Virus record (IMG/VR): IMGVR_UViG_3300020045_002072
Location: 1-40,914 of that record
DNA: 40,914 bases
From: a virus
Lineage: Duplodnaviria > Caudoviricetes
Direction: 5' to 3' (one strand)
Below, piece by piece: positions 8,600-17,425 of the stretch. Within the stretch, counting starts at the first letter, position 1; the number at the start of each line of letters is the position of its first letter. Under the pieces are notes generated by a model. The model was not told the DNA's origin. It searched no databases and saw only the letters and a program-made list of their open reading frames with translations. Made by a program: the position numbers and the translations under genes.

Positions 8600-9052
8600 A
8601 TGACAATACCAATTAAAGATCTCGCTCTGATAGTAAAAACAAAGCAAGACTTGATCGATGCTCTGGAGCCTTTCGATTTTGAAAGTGCGGTAGAAGTGGT
8701 TATCAGGCCGATCGCAGCAAAGCGAACGCTGTCACAGAATGCGCTGTTTCACATGTGGTGCAATGAGCTGTCATCGTATCTGCTAAAACACGGCAGAAAG
8801 TGGGCCGATCCTGAGTTCGTGAAGGATATGCTGAAACATAGCTTTCTAGGCTACAAAGACACAATGCGGCTAGATGTGTCGACAAATCAGCCAGCAAAGG
8901 TTCGCGAATTGATTCACACAAGCGATCTATCCACTGGCGATATGCTTCACTTCATGGAGCAGTGCGAGGCTTACAGTGTCGGCATAGGCTGTTTGCTGAC
9001 GATACCGGAAAAGTCGGAGTATATGCAGAATAAGCGAGCACAAAATCAATGA
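8600..9052 (+). CDS. NinB/YbcN-like recombination protein
   Basis: KRTLSQNALFHMW and TSDL....M..F motifs. Confidence 0.8.
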   Translation: MTIPIKDLALIVKTKQDLIDALEPFDFESAVEVVIRPIAAKRTLSQNALFHMWCNELSSYLLKHGRKWADPEFVKDMLKHSFLGYKDTMRLDVSTNQPAKVRELIHTSDLSTGDMLHFMEQCEAYSVGIGCLLTIPEKSEYMQNKRAQNQ

Positions 9053-9663
9053 GGAAAAAGAAATGTAAGGTGTGCACTGAGTGGTTTATTCCTGAAAGAA
9101 ACTTCCAGCCATGCTGCAAACGGCACGAATATGAATATGCTATCGATCAGCTGAACAAGAAAAGGAAATCAGATGAAGCAAAGAACAAGAAAGATCAGCG
9201 CGAGAAGAAGAAAATATTTCACGCAAAGTCAGAAGAGCTTAGAAAAAACGACAGGCCATATCAATTCCAGCTCACAAAGCGAGTGATCCAGCGATGGGTT
9301 AACAATGTTAGGGATGAAGGGCTACCGTGTATTTCATGCGGAACTACAAAGCCGGTTCAATATTGTGGCGGTCATTATAAATCGGCTGGCGGTCATCCTG
9401 AGCTAGCGTTAGACACGAAAAACATTAACAGGCAATGCAACCAATACTGCAATATGCGGCTATCAGGGAATATTCATGGAAACAAAACGTCACCTGGTTA
9501 CATCAAAGGAATTATTGAGCGATTCGGGCAAGCGCGGCTTGATTATCTAGACGGATACCACGAGCCGAAAAAGTACACCTGTGAGCAGTTGATAGAGCTG
9601 AGGGCTTTCTACTCAAAACTAATCAGAGAAGAAAACAAAGATGACTCACAGCGACCATTCTAA
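9049..9663 (+). CDS. NinG/Rap-like endonuclease
   Basis: KKCKVC..WF, RD...CISCG, GHY, NI..QC...CN...SGN. Confidence 0.88.
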   Translation: MRKKKCKVCTEWFIPERNFQPCCKRHEYEYAIDQLNKKRKSDEAKNKKDQREKKKIFHAKSEELRKNDRPYQFQLTKRVIQRWVNNVRDEGLPCISCGTTKPVQYCGGHYKSAGGHPELALDTKNINRQCNQYCNMRLSGNIHGNKTSPGYIKGIIERFGQARLDYLDGYHEPKKYTCEQLIELRAFYSKLIREENKDDSQRPF

Positions 9664-9665
9664 TT

Positions 9666-9708
9666 TGTGATCTAAATCAAATTTCGCAATCACAATATGA
9701 TTTATAGT
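9666..9708 (+). promoter_or_regulatory. CRP/FNR-type box at -41.5 plus -10
   Basis: TGTGAT-CTAA-ATCAAA (9666-9681), 21 nt, TATAGT (9703-9708). Confidence 0.65.
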
Positions 9709-9738
9709 TTCACCACTGAGTTAGCAAAGGAGTGCAAT

Positions 9739-9888
9739 GTGTCAATCGTAAGCAACAAGGCAGTAAAGCGCGATAAGGCCGCAGAGGCAGCAATCAAGAA
9801 GCTCCAGCAAGCGCGACAGGTTATTGAGCGAATTAAAGAGCTTGAATCGTTAATTTTTGAATGTTCGACAATTGGGGTGTGCAAATGA
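9739..9888 (+). CDS. Small hypothetical protein (GTG start)
   Basis: AAGGAG at 9727-9732, GTG at 9739 in frame with the tracked ORF 9697..9888. Confidence 0.6.
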   Translation: MSIVSNKAVKRDKAAEAAIKKLQQARQVIERIKELESLIFECSTIGVCK

Positions 9889-10139
9889 AAACAAGAATAG
9901 TAGTGCGTATTGCGTTAAATGCTGAAAATGAGCGGGTTGGTTATCTGGTTTACGCTGCTGGGCGGTTTATTCCGTTCCAAGGAGATACAGATTTTGAGTA
10001 TGACAGAAATGCCCGGTCGTCATCCTGCTTGGAAGGTTTCAGCAGCTTTCGTGGCGTTCATCACTTCAAGTCGTTCGCCAGGCAGTGGTTTAGAGCAGTC
10101 CGCTTCCAGCGAGTAACACTGATCGGAGAATCAAAGTGA
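9885..10139 (+). CDS. Hypothetical protein
   Basis: ATG 9885 overlaps the upstream TGA; MKTRIVVRIA... Confidence 0.65.
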   Translation: MKTRIVVRIALNAENERVGYLVYAAGRFIPFQGDTDFEYDRNARSSSCLEGFSSFRGVHHFKSFARQWFRAVRFQRVTLIGESK

Positions 10140-10279
10140 TCGAAGAATACAAACAACGCAGCAGTGAAGAGTTAATCGCATTAAGTGAGATGCTTGAAGA
10201 TTCAATCTTTCCAGTAACAAAAGAATGGTTTCAAGGTGAAGTAGATAAAATTAAACAGGAAAAGGAGCAAGCAAAATGA
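10136..10279 (+). CDS. Small hypothetical protein (47 aa, not in track)
   Basis: GTG start after GGAG; MIEEYKQRSSEELIALSEMLEDSIFPVTKEWFQGEVDKIKQEKEQAK; coupled on both sides. Confidence 0.65.
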   Translation: MIEEYKQRSSEELIALSEMLEDSIFPVTKEWFQGEVDKIKQEKEQAK

Positions 10280-10857
10280 CAAAGAAAAAACGCGAGTTGA
10301 TAGATCTTATGTTTGAGGCCGGAATAACACCAGAAACGTGGCCAAAAAAAGCAATTTACGCGTGCCAGGATAAAGAGACGCTTACTTGGGGTAAAAGCGC
10401 ATTAATGTTTTATACAAATTATGAGGTTCCGCATGTAAGAGAAGGTCGGAATAATTTTGTAGGAGAAAAAATAGGCCCAATAATTGAACTACCAGAACTC
10501 TGTCACAAGTGGAACAAAACAATCGTGCATCGCGACGAGTTTATGAAGCGATGGAATGAGTGCATACACAGCGATCAAACAGCATTGCTACGCGAATCAA
10601 TGCCACCATGCAGCGAAGAAATTCCGTGTCGTTTTGTTAATGAAAAATCACCGCTAGAAACACAAATCGGCGGCGATCACTACACGAAACCAGCTATCCA
10701 GCCAATGCAATACAGCATGAAAAACAAACTCGATCCATTGCAGCATACGATTATCAAGTATGTAACTCGATTCCGTGATAAGGCAGGAATTGAAGATCTT
10801 GAAAAGGCGAAGCATTGCATTGATATGCTGATTGAGTTTGAAAAGGAAAGTAAATGA
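10276..10857 (+). CDS. DUF3310 (T7 gp1.7-like) domain protein with N-terminal extension
   Basis: C-terminal QIGGDHY....IQP...IIKYVTR...K.GIEDLEKAKH. Confidence 0.8.
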   Translation: MTKKKRELIDLMFEAGITPETWPKKAIYACQDKETLTWGKSALMFYTNYEVPHVREGRNNFVGEKIGPIIELPELCHKWNKTIVHRDEFMKRWNECIHSDQTALLRESMPPCSEEIPCRFVNEKSPLETQIGGDHYTKPAIQPMQYSMKNKLDPLQHTIIKYVTRFRDKAGIEDLEKAKHCIDMLIEFEKESK

Positions 10858-11321
10858 CAACTATCGTTTTTGACGGTAAGACGCTGGCGGTTGATACCGG
10901 AATGTATAGCAATGAAACATACAGCGGCGAAGTCTCAAAAGTGCGTGAAATTGAGTTAAACGGGAAGAAATGCTTGATCGCTATGTGCGGAGAGTTTGCA
11001 GACTTTGAGCCGTTTATCAGTAAGATCACGGGCGGGGAGTGTAGTCACGATACAAGCGGATCCGCGTTCATTGTTATCAACATCAACAATCCATCTGATT
11101 ATACAGCTTACGAGAAAAACGCACCGATGCAGCACCCGTTGCCATACTGCAACGGCAGTGGGCATCAAATAGCGATGGGCTCAATGCACCAAGGATCTGA
11201 TCCGGTTTACGCAGTGAAAGCCGCCTGTAAGTATAACGCCTTCACGGAATACCAGATTGAAGTATTCCGCTTTAAGAAAAAAGGCGGTTACAAGTACAGC
11301 AAGATCGAAAAGCCCGCTTAA
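10854..11321 (+). CDS. Proteasome/HslV-like Ntn-hydrolase fold protein
   Basis: M-TTIVFDGKTLAVD start, conserved K, CG, GSG...A.G, AV.AA...D/N..T. Confidence 0.7.
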   Translation: MTTIVFDGKTLAVDTGMYSNETYSGEVSKVREIELNGKKCLIAMCGEFADFEPFISKITGGECSHDTSGSAFIVININNPSDYTAYEKNAPMQHPLPYCNGSGHQIAMGSMHQGSDPVYAVKAACKYNAFTEYQIEVFRFKKKGGYKYSKIEKPA

Positions 11322-11337
11322 TGCGGGTTTATTTTTT
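11311..11337 (+). terminator. Intrinsic terminator
   Basis: AGCCCGC-ttaat-GCGGGTT-TATTTTTT. Confidence 0.7.
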
Positions 11338-11387
11338 GGGGCTGTGGTAATATTTTATGTAATTCTGACAGGAATAAGGCCTTAAAA

Positions 11388-12605
11388 ATGAGCGATTTCC
11401 CTTCTATAAAAAAGGTCAAGACTGTTGACCTAATCCCTTACGCAAGAAACAGCAGAACTCATTCTGATGAGCAGGTTAATCAAATTGCATCATCGATTAA
11501 GGAGTTTGGGTTTCTGAATCCAATCATTATCGATGGTGAAAACGGCATCATTGCCGGTCATGGCCGAGTCATGGCAGCAAACAAGTTGCATATAAAAGAG
11601 CTTCCGTGTGTCGATGCGTCACACCTATCTGAAACGCAGCGCAGAGCGTATGTGATTGCGGATAATAAGCTAGCGCTTAACTCTGGGTGGGACATCGAAA
11701 TGTTGCGCGTTGAGTTCGACGAGTTGCAAGAGGCGGGCTTTGATTTGGAGTTAACTGGCTTCTCAATGGATGAAATTGCAGACCTGCAAATTGAAGAGCT
11801 AACCGAAGGATTGACCGACGAAGACGACGCTCCAGAATGTCCAGACATCCCGACGGCCGTATTAGGTGACATTTGGCGACTTGGGAATCATCGGTTGATG
11901 TGCGGGGATTCAACTAGCATTGATGAAGTTGAAAAACTGATGGATGGCAAAAAGGCGCAAATGGTACACACTGATCCGCCTTATGGTGTCTCATATCAAT
12001 CAAATATGAGAACAAAAACAGATAAGTTCGACCAGCTGAAAAACGATGACGTCTTCCTTGATATCGCTCCAGTTATTGATTCTGTTTCTGATGGGTGGGT
12101 ATTTGTATGGACATCGTGGAAGGTGATAACTAAATGGATAGAGCAGTTTTCATCGTTCGGATACCCGACAAATCAAGTGATCTGGCATAAGCCGGGCGGT
12201 GGAATTGGAGATCTAAAGAAAACATTTTCGAGCGACTACGAGACGGCGTTAGTCTGGCACAGAGGGGCCGAGTTAACTGGCAAGAGAATAGGTAGCGTTT
12301 GGAAGATAAACAAAGACGGGGCCAATGAATATGTCCACCCAACTCAAAAGCCGGTTGCATTGCCTGAAGAGGCTATTGATAAAACAACAAAGGCGGGGTA
12401 TCGCGTTCTCGATCTTTTTGGTGGTTCTGGATCTACGCTTATTGCATGTGAAAAAACAGGCCGCAACGCTTATCTCATGGAATTAGACCCGAAGTACATA
12501 GATGTTATCATTACTCGCTGGCAAAACTTTACCGGAAAAGAAGCTGTGCATATCGAAAGCGGAAAGACATTTTGCGAGCTGAAAGCGGAGCGTGCTAATG
12601 CCTAA
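11388..12605 (+). CDS. ParB-N domain fused to N6A/N4C DNA methyltransferase
   Basis: LIPYARNSRTH...IIAGHGR...IADNKL (ParB-like); HRLMCGDS, DPPY, HPTQKP, LDLFGGSGST. Confidence 0.92.
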   Translation: MSDFPSIKKVKTVDLIPYARNSRTHSDEQVNQIASSIKEFGFLNPIIIDGENGIIAGHGRVMAANKLHIKELPCVDASHLSETQRRAYVIADNKLALNSGWDIEMLRVEFDELQEAGFDLELTGFSMDEIADLQIEELTEGLTDEDDAPECPDIPTAVLGDIWRLGNHRLMCGDSTSIDEVEKLMDGKKAQMVHTDPPYGVSYQSNMRTKTDKFDQLKNDDVFLDIAPVIDSVSDGWVFVWTSWKVITKWIEQFSSFGYPTNQVIWHKPGGGIGDLKKTFSSDYETALVWHRGAELTGKRIGSVWKINKDGANEYVHPTQKPVALPEEAIDKTTKAGYRVLDLFGGSGSTLIACEKTGRNAYLMELDPKYIDVIITRWQNFTGKEAVHIESGKTFCELKAERANA

Positions 12606-12939
12606 AATTCACGTGCCAACGGAAAAAACACGAGCAGAGGTTTCGGCGCTTACATCATTTGGGATTGTGCAAGATGAGATATCGACATACCTTGATATCG
12701 ACCTTAAAACGTTACGCAAGCACTACCGAAGAGAGCTTGATACTGGTACAACTCGCGCCAACGCAGCTATGGCAAAGCGCTTATTTGATGCAGGCATAAA
12801 AGATGGCTCAGTTCCTGCGATGATCTTCTGGCTAAAGACGCGAGCTAGATGGCGCGAGACAGATAATCTTGCATCTGAGTCAGACGACACGATCACAATC
12901 AACATAACAAAAGCCGCGAAGCCAAAAGATGAAGATTGA
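12598..12939 (+). CDS. Terminase small subunit (HTH)
   Basis: KTLRKHYRREL..G, AMIFWLKTRARWRE; immediately upstream of the large terminase. Confidence 0.8.
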   Translation: MPKIHVPTEKTRAEVSALTSFGIVQDEISTYLDIDLKTLRKHYRRELDTGTTRANAAMAKRLFDAGIKDGSVPAMIFWLKTRARWRETDNLASESDDTITINITKAAKPKDED

Positions 12940-14167
12940 TATCCCGCTAACTGTCCCCCAGGAACAGTTTGTTTTCAGTGATGCGAAAGCACCGGCAATT
13001 GTTGGAGGGTTGGGTTCAGGGAAGAGTCAGGCTGGTATCACAAGGCTTATTCTTTTGATGCTGTCAGACAAAGGCGCTAACGGCGCATATTACATGCCGA
13101 CCTACGACCTGCTTAAACTGCGAGCCATGCCGGGTGTCGAAGATTTCCTTTTGCGCTTGAATTTGCCGTTCAGTGTTAACAAGTCAGACTACATGATCTC
13201 GATCAAAGGTTATGGCGATATCATTTTCCGCAGCTACGACAAGCCAGAGCGCATTATTGCCTATGAGACGGCGCATTCTATAGTTGATGAGCTTGACACA
13301 ATAGCAAAAGATAAGGCGGCACTGGTGTGGCGAAAAATAACGGAGCGTAACCGCCAAAAGAGAAAAGGCAAAAACACAATCGGCTTAGTAACTACGCCAG
13401 ACCAAGGCTATAACGGCTTTGTGTTTCAAAAGTGGGTTAAAGAAAACAATGACGGCTACGTGATCATCAAGGCTAGTACATATTCAAACCCGTATCTTCC
13501 TGATGATTATATTCCGCAGATCATATCCAACTACGATCCAATACTTGCAGATCTGTACCTTAACGGCGAGTTCGTCAGCCTATCAGATAAAAAGGTCTAT
13601 CACTTCTTTGGCAGAAAAAAACACCACTCGGATCGCGTTATCAAGCCTGACGACCGCTTGTTTATTGGTTTGGATTTTAATATTGGTGGCTGTTGTGCTA
13701 CTACATTCATTATCGATAGCAATACGCCAATTGCCGTAGATGAGTTTGTCAGTCACGACACATACGACTTTGTTAACAACCTGGCGCGATATAAAGGCCA
13801 TAAGCTATGTGTTTATCCTGACGCTAGTGGCAAGTCAGGAAGAACAAACGCCAGCGCGTCAGACATCGACATTATTCGACATGCCGGATACGAGTGCGAT
13901 CCGCCGAACGAGAACCCGTTCGTCCGTGATCGCATTAACTCAGTAAATGCATTGCTATCTCACGAAACATTGCTTGTTAACACTGATAAATGCCCCGAGT
14001 TAACATTTGCGCTAGAATCGCAGGGTTACGATAAAAACGGCGATCCTGAAAAGTTCAAAGATCACCCAGCGATAGACGATTGGGTTGATTGCGCTGGCTA
14101 TTTCATTCACAGAAAATACCCTGTAAGAAAACCAATTTCAGACGTCAAAATCAAATTCTCATGGTAA
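12929..14167 (+). CDS. Terminase large subunit
   Basis: Walker A GGLGSGKS, VDE, TTP, nuclease GLDFN, YPDASG, D..D...Y. Confidence 0.93.
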   Translation: MKIDIPLTVPQEQFVFSDAKAPAIVGGLGSGKSQAGITRLILLMLSDKGANGAYYMPTYDLLKLRAMPGVEDFLLRLNLPFSVNKSDYMISIKGYGDIIFRSYDKPERIIAYETAHSIVDELDTIAKDKAALVWRKITERNRQKRKGKNTIGLVTTPDQGYNGFVFQKWVKENNDGYVIIKASTYSNPYLPDDYIPQIISNYDPILADLYLNGEFVSLSDKKVYHFFGRKKHHSDRVIKPDDRLFIGLDFNIGGCCATTFIIDSNTPIAVDEFVSHDTYDFVNNLARYKGHKLCVYPDASGKSGRTNASASDIDIIRHAGYECDPPNENPFVRDRINSVNALLSHETLLVNTDKCPELTFALESQGYDKNGDPEKFKDHPAIDDWVDCAGYFIHRKYPVRKPISDVKIKFSW

Positions 14168-14177
14168 GGAAATAATC

Positions 14178-15593
14178 ATGCCAATTAGTAGCGTTCATCC
14201 AGAGTACGAGCAGAAGATACGGCGCGTTAAATTTGTGCGTGATATGTGCTCAGATGAAATGACAGTGAAGGATAAGAAAGAGCATTACATGCCTGCCGCT
14301 TTTGCTAAAGAAGAACCTGAGCGTTATGAGGCGTATTTGAAGCGGGCATATTTCTTTGGTGTTACCAACAAGACGCTGCGAGATATGGTTGGGGCTGGAT
14401 TTCGTAAGCCAGCAACGCCGAATCTACCTGATGCACTGCTACCACTTGTTGATAACTTTGACGGCGCAGGTAATGGAATTGAGCGCGTGAATAAGTCTGG
14501 CGTGAGTAATCTTTTGCAGGCTGGTCGTCATTGCATCCTGGTTGACTATCCATCTGTCGAAGACGGCATGACAGCAGAACAAGAGGCCCGATTAAACCTG
14601 ATGCCTTATGCGGCTGAATACACAGCAGAAGCGCTTGATAATTGGTCTCATGAGCTAATTTTCGGGCGTGAAATGCTGACTATGGTAAAGCTTGTAGAGG
14701 AGGCTAAAATTCCAGTCGATGAGTTTAGCTATGAAACCAAAAAAACCTATCGAGTCTTGCGGTTGCGATCACCAGATGAAGCAAGTGAGATTTTCGGTAG
14801 CGAGTTCGGCGATTACGTTTACACGCAGGCGCTTTATGATGAATCCGGAAAGGCTTTAACCGAAGAGTACATCCCTAAAAAGCCATCCAGCACGGCCAGA
14901 GGCGTTGGTATTCCGTTTAATTACATTCCATTTTTCGTTGCTGATTTAGATCAAATTCCGCTGATGGATATTGCTGTTGTTAACCTGGCGCATTACCAGG
15001 TGTCGGCAGATTACCGGGAGAACCTGCATACCCATGGACAGCAAACACTAGGTATCCGCACATCAATGAGTTGGGAGCAGTTCCAGACTGCAAACCCTGA
15101 CGGAATTAAGGTGGGCGCAACAAAAGGCCACTTCCTGGGTGAGAGTGGCGGCTTTGAAACTACCAGCGCGCCAGAATCCAGCAGCCTAAACAAATCGCTT
15201 GACGACCTGCAAAAGCAAATGGAATCCATGGGTGCCAAGCTGATGACGGAAGGCGGAGAGAAGACCGCAGAGGAGGCTCGCATCAATGCCAGCTCGCAGA
15301 CGTCAGCACTCGACATGGTTGTGTCGCTGTGGGATTCAGTTGTTAATGCAGCATTAAAGGCTTGCGCAGAGTACAAGGCTATTGATCCTGAATTAGTAAG
15401 CTACACAATGAACCGTGACTACTACGATACAACGCTATCAGCTCAAGAGGCGGGGGCTATTGTGACGATCAAGGATAGTGGGGCCATTGCCGTGAAAGAC
15501 ATGCGCTACATGCTGCGAACTGGGCGCATTAAGCTAGATCCAAGCCGGACTGACGATGTCATTGACGCTGATATTGAGACTGAGACTATTTAA
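14178..15593 (+). CDS. Portal protein (DUF4055-like)
   Basis: HPEY start, Y..YL.RA, LVDYP, NLAHYQ.SAD; follows terminase. Confidence 0.88.
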   Translation: MPISSVHPEYEQKIRRVKFVRDMCSDEMTVKDKKEHYMPAAFAKEEPERYEAYLKRAYFFGVTNKTLRDMVGAGFRKPATPNLPDALLPLVDNFDGAGNGIERVNKSGVSNLLQAGRHCILVDYPSVEDGMTAEQEARLNLMPYAAEYTAEALDNWSHELIFGREMLTMVKLVEEAKIPVDEFSYETKKTYRVLRLRSPDEASEIFGSEFGDYVYTQALYDESGKALTEEYIPKKPSSTARGVGIPFNYIPFFVADLDQIPLMDIAVVNLAHYQVSADYRENLHTHGQQTLGIRTSMSWEQFQTANPDGIKVGATKGHFLGESGGFETTSAPESSSLNKSLDDLQKQMESMGAKLMTEGGEKTAEEARINASSQTSALDMVVSLWDSVVNAALKACAEYKAIDPELVSYTMNRDYYDTTLSAQEAGAIVTIKDSGAIAVKDMRYMLRTGRIKLDPSRTDDVIDADIETETI

Positions 15594-15604
15594 TTTGTGA
15601 CGCA

Positions 15605-15628
15605 GGCCGCATTTATTGCGGCTTTTTT
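15605..15628 (+). terminator. Intrinsic terminator after portal
   Basis: GGCCGCA-tttat-TGCGGCT-TTTTT. Confidence 0.7.
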
Positions 15629-15639
15629 GTGAGTATCGC

Positions 15640-15668
15640 TTGTAATTACACTATGTAAGTACTATTAT
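15640..15668 (+). promoter_or_regulatory. Sigma70 promoter of moron cassette
   Basis: TTGTAA-17-TATTAT; CRP-like TGTGA-N6-CCGCA at 15596-15611 is centred near -71.5. Confidence 0.6.
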
Positions 15669-15707
15669 TAGTTTAAGAGTTAAGGCAAAGCAACTAAGGA
15701 TATAAAA

Positions 15708-16016
15708 ATGAAAGCATATGTAAGTTACGATATCAACTGCGAAGAAATATACGATGAAGATGGTGAAGTTTCTTACGGCGATGATTACTGGTTGATCAGT
15801 AACGTTTTTGTAGAGAAAGCATTCCGCGGTCAAGGCGTCGCTCGCAAGATGATGGCTGAGGCTATCGCAGAGATGAAAGCTGAACGCCCAGAACTGAAAA
15901 TAAAACTGGTTGCGATTCCACAGGATGATGAAACAGAGATTGAATTGTTGGGAGCCTTCTACGAATCATTGGGATTTGAAGCAATCGGCGACGAAATCGG
16001 AACAATGGAGCTGTAA
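15708..16016 (+). CDS. GNAT-family acetyltransferase (acidic, single domain)
   Basis: VFVEKAFRGQGVA (acetyl-CoA motif A) and FYESLGF. Confidence 0.88.
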   Translation: MKAYVSYDINCEEIYDEDGEVSYGDDYWLISNVFVEKAFRGQGVARKMMAEAIAEMKAERPELKIKLVAIPQDDETEIELLGAFYESLGFEAIGDEIGTMEL

Positions 16017-16192
16017 TGAACCAAACACAAAAGCAGAACATAAAACGGCGCAATACACCGCGCATGCCAATCGTCTATACAACCGCAGAAATTATGCAAA
16101 AGCTGGACTATCTAGCCGGAATTCACGGCAGCAAGAAGGCCGCTATCGAGGCGGCTATTTGTGAGTTATTCAACAAGGAGAAAGAAAAATGA
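16016..16192 (+). CDS. Small ribbon-helix-helix-like protein, copy 1 (58 aa, not in track)
   Basis: MNQTQKQNIKRRNTPRMPIVYTTAEIMQKLDYLAGIHGSKKAAIEAAICELFNKEKEK; TAATG and ATGA coupling. Confidence 0.75.
   Translation: MNQTQKQNIKRRNTPRMPIVYTTAEIMQKLDYLAGIHGSKKAAIEAAICELFNKEKEK
16095..16184 (+). repeat. 90-bp direct repeat, copy 1
   Basis: 89/90 identical to 16828-16917. Confidence 0.95.
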
Positions 16193-16737
16193 AACTAAAA
16201 GTTAATATGCAGCAACTTAAATCAGCAATGCTTTGCAATGCAAAAAATGACGTGAGATGGTTTCTTAATGGCGTTATGTTTGCAAAAGATGGCGCGCTTG
16301 TTGGAACTAACGGTCATGTTATGTTTGTTGGCCAACATGAATCAGAAATAGAATCTGATTTAATAGTCGATTTTGTTTGTTCAATTCCTCGTAACTTTCA
16401 ATATGCAGAAATAGAATTTAATTCAGATGAAAAACAGGGGGTAATTAAATTCTATGGCCAACTAGAAGGAAATGTTATCGGGTGCGGAATGGCGCAGATC
16501 GTTGATGGCAATTACCCTGATTACACAAAGCTAACTCAAAAGGTTATAAGTCCATGTACTGAAATCGGATTTAACGGAAAATACCTTAAATTACTTTCTG
16601 ATATTTCAACTCTGTTTAATCCAAGATTCTCAACCGTAAGGTTGAATTTAAATGGTGAATCTGGATGTGCTTTCGCTGAAATTCCAAATCCAGAACAAGA
16701 GAAAGCAATGCTTGTGATTATGCCGTGCAGATTGTAA
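16189..16737 (+). CDS. Truncated DNA polymerase III beta-clamp-like protein
   Basis: AKNDVRWFLNGV...GTNGH, DGNYPDY, GFN..YL and terminal VIMPCRL resemble DnaN domains 2-3. Confidence 0.8.
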   Translation: MKLKVNMQQLKSAMLCNAKNDVRWFLNGVMFAKDGALVGTNGHVMFVGQHESEIESDLIVDFVCSIPRNFQYAEIEFNSDEKQGVIKFYGQLEGNVIGCGMAQIVDGNYPDYTKLTQKVISPCTEIGFNGKYLKLLSDISTLFNPRFSTVRLNLNGESGCAFAEIPNPEQEKAMLVIMPCRL

Positions 16738-16739
16738 AT

Positions 16740-16925
16740 ATGAAAAAACAAACACCACAGCAACGTCAAAACATTAAGCGATCTGGCGATCCAAGATTGC
16801 CAACCGTTTACACAACAGCAGAAATACTGCAAAAGCTGGACTATCTAGCCGGAATTCACGGCAGCAAGAAGGCCGCTATTGAGGCGGCTATTTGTGAGTT
16901 ATTCAACAAGGAGAAAGCAGAATGA
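16740..16925 (+). CDS. Small ribbon-helix-helix-like protein, copy 2
   Basis: MKKQTPQQRQNIKRSGDPRLPTVYTTAEILQKLDYLAGIHGSKKAAIEAAICELFNKEKAE; paralog of 16016..16192. Confidence 0.75.
   Translation: MKKQTPQQRQNIKRSGDPRLPTVYTTAEILQKLDYLAGIHGSKKAAIEAAICELFNKEKAE
16828..16917 (+). repeat. 90-bp direct repeat, copy 2
   Basis: 89/90 identical to 16095-16184. Confidence 0.95.
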
Positions 16926-17425
16926 AATATGAAATGATTTTCGGGGATGATGATTTTAGCGGACAAAGTAACGAACTGGCAGAGGTAAAGCTTTGGAATG
17001 ATTTGCTAGGCCCGAACTTTGTTAGCATGGAAGAGTTGCATTGCATGAGTGCTGGAGGATTAATTCCTCGCGGCTCAGTCATACTAGCCATGCGCCGCAT
17101 CATCGCAGAGCCAAAGCGATGGACATTGGAAGATAAGAAGGCGGGGCAGTTGCCGGATGTTGGTGCAAAAGTCGATGGCGGGAAGGTTGTTTTTGTTAAC
17201 GGTTTCAATGTCGTAACTGAGTTGAAAAGTGGCGCAGTAATCGTTAGCTCACCAAAAACATTCTTAAACATATTCAAGCCAATCGAAACGCAAGAAGAGA
17301 GGGCGAAGCGAGAGGAAGATGAGTTTGTTTCTCTTGTTGAATTTGAATACAACAAAATGCCAAACGAGATCTCATTCAGGGCTGGTATTCGCGCAGCATA
17401 TCGCAAACTGAAAGGTGGTGAGTGA
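16922..17425 (+). CDS. Hypothetical phage protein
   Basis: 167 aa, AAGGAG RBS inside the repeat, coupled. Confidence 0.75.
   Translation: MKYEMIFGDDDFSGQSNELAEVKLWNDLLGPNFVSMEELHCMSAGGLIPRGSVILAMRRIIAEPKRWTLEDKKAGQLPDVGAKVDGGKVVFVNGFNVVTELKSGAVIVSSPKTFLNIFKPIETQEERAKREEDEFVSLVEFEYNKMPNEISFRAGIRAAYRKLKGGE

Noticed and set aside
11388-12605. ParB domain as evidence of plasmid partitioning
   Set aside because: ParB-N fused to a methylase just upstream of terminase is a common phage arrangement; no ParA or parS array seen
15596-15611. Seventh CRP-type box (TGTGA-N6-CCGCA) near -71.5 of the moron promoter
   Set aside because: Class I position is suggestive, but the downstream half is poor and is explained by the overlapping terminator stem; not counted in the six-site set
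16095-16917. Repeat pair as DGR template/variable repeat or CRISPR
   Set aside because: No reverse transcriptase; the single mismatch is a synonymous C/T, not adenine-specific; only two copies and no spacer array
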